Assembly (NCBI GenBank): GCA_951406725.2
Contig: OX597816.1
Location: forward strand, 171,554,001 to 171,618,000
Source of the DNA: Octopus vulgaris
Lineage: Eukaryota
Length of the DNA: 64,000 bases
Direction: 5' to 3'
The position numbers and the translations under genes were made by a program. The notes beneath the pieces are model-generated. The model did not search any database. It saw only the letters and a list, made by a program, of their open reading frames with translations, and was not told the DNA's origin. Shown in pieces: positions 63,759-64,000 of this stretch. The first letter of the stretch is position 1. The number at the start of each line of letters is the position of its first letter.

Positions 63759-63853
63759 TCGCTACCTCCAGCGCCGAGACCACCAGATCGCCTGATTTCA
63801 ACCTTGTTTAGTCTCGTCAGTGATGGATGCGCGATCGCTAGAGGCGATAGCGA
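63759..63853 (-). ncRNA. Type I hammerhead ribozyme with extended stem I
   Basis: minus strand UCGCUA ucg CCUCUAGCG aucgcgcau CCAUCA-CUGACGA-GACU aaacaa GGUU-GAAA UC aggc GA UC-UGGUGG ucucgg CGCUGGAGG UAGCGA; AUC cleavage between 63786 and 63785. Confidence 0.78.
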
Positions 63854-64000
63854 TTCATTAAAAAATACAGTCGAGCGTATTCTGAGCTAGATTTTACTGC
63901 TATTTATAACAGGACAGGCGATCACGTATTGCAGATGTAGGGTCGGACACGTTGCCTGCATTCAAACTTAAAACTATTTGCAGTGAAGTTTTCATAAACC

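Overview
AT-rich, repeat-dense animal genomic DNA; the SINE repertoire points to an Octopus-like cephalopod (inferred from recalled repeat families, not from a database search). The only clear host gene is the 3' part of GPAA1 (GPI transamidase subunit GAA1): eight phase-consistent + strand exons from 4587 to the TAG at 28147-28149, with the 5' exons outside the window. One GPAA1 intron (12991-15207) is a minor-spliceosome (U12) intron that appears to have rare AT-AT termini. One exon (18966-19165) lies between two ~310-bp tandem arrays: one repeats its acceptor region without the AG, the other repeats its intact donor 8 times. The rest is transposon debris: several tRNA-SINE families, non-autonomous Helitrons (some as concatemers), RTE/CR1/CRE LINE fragments, hATm, hAT-Buster, Tc1/mariner, piggyBac-, pogo- and Merlin-like MITEs, two solo LTRs and long microsatellites. 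Four hammerhead-ribozyme motifs sit in four different non-coding contexts. Two fold well (63759-63853 and 9872-9917, both minus strand) and two are degenerate (15844-15886, 53528-53562), suggesting ribozyme-bearing Penelope/retrozyme-like elements. Most ORFs in the supplied track are repeat or microsatellite artefacts.
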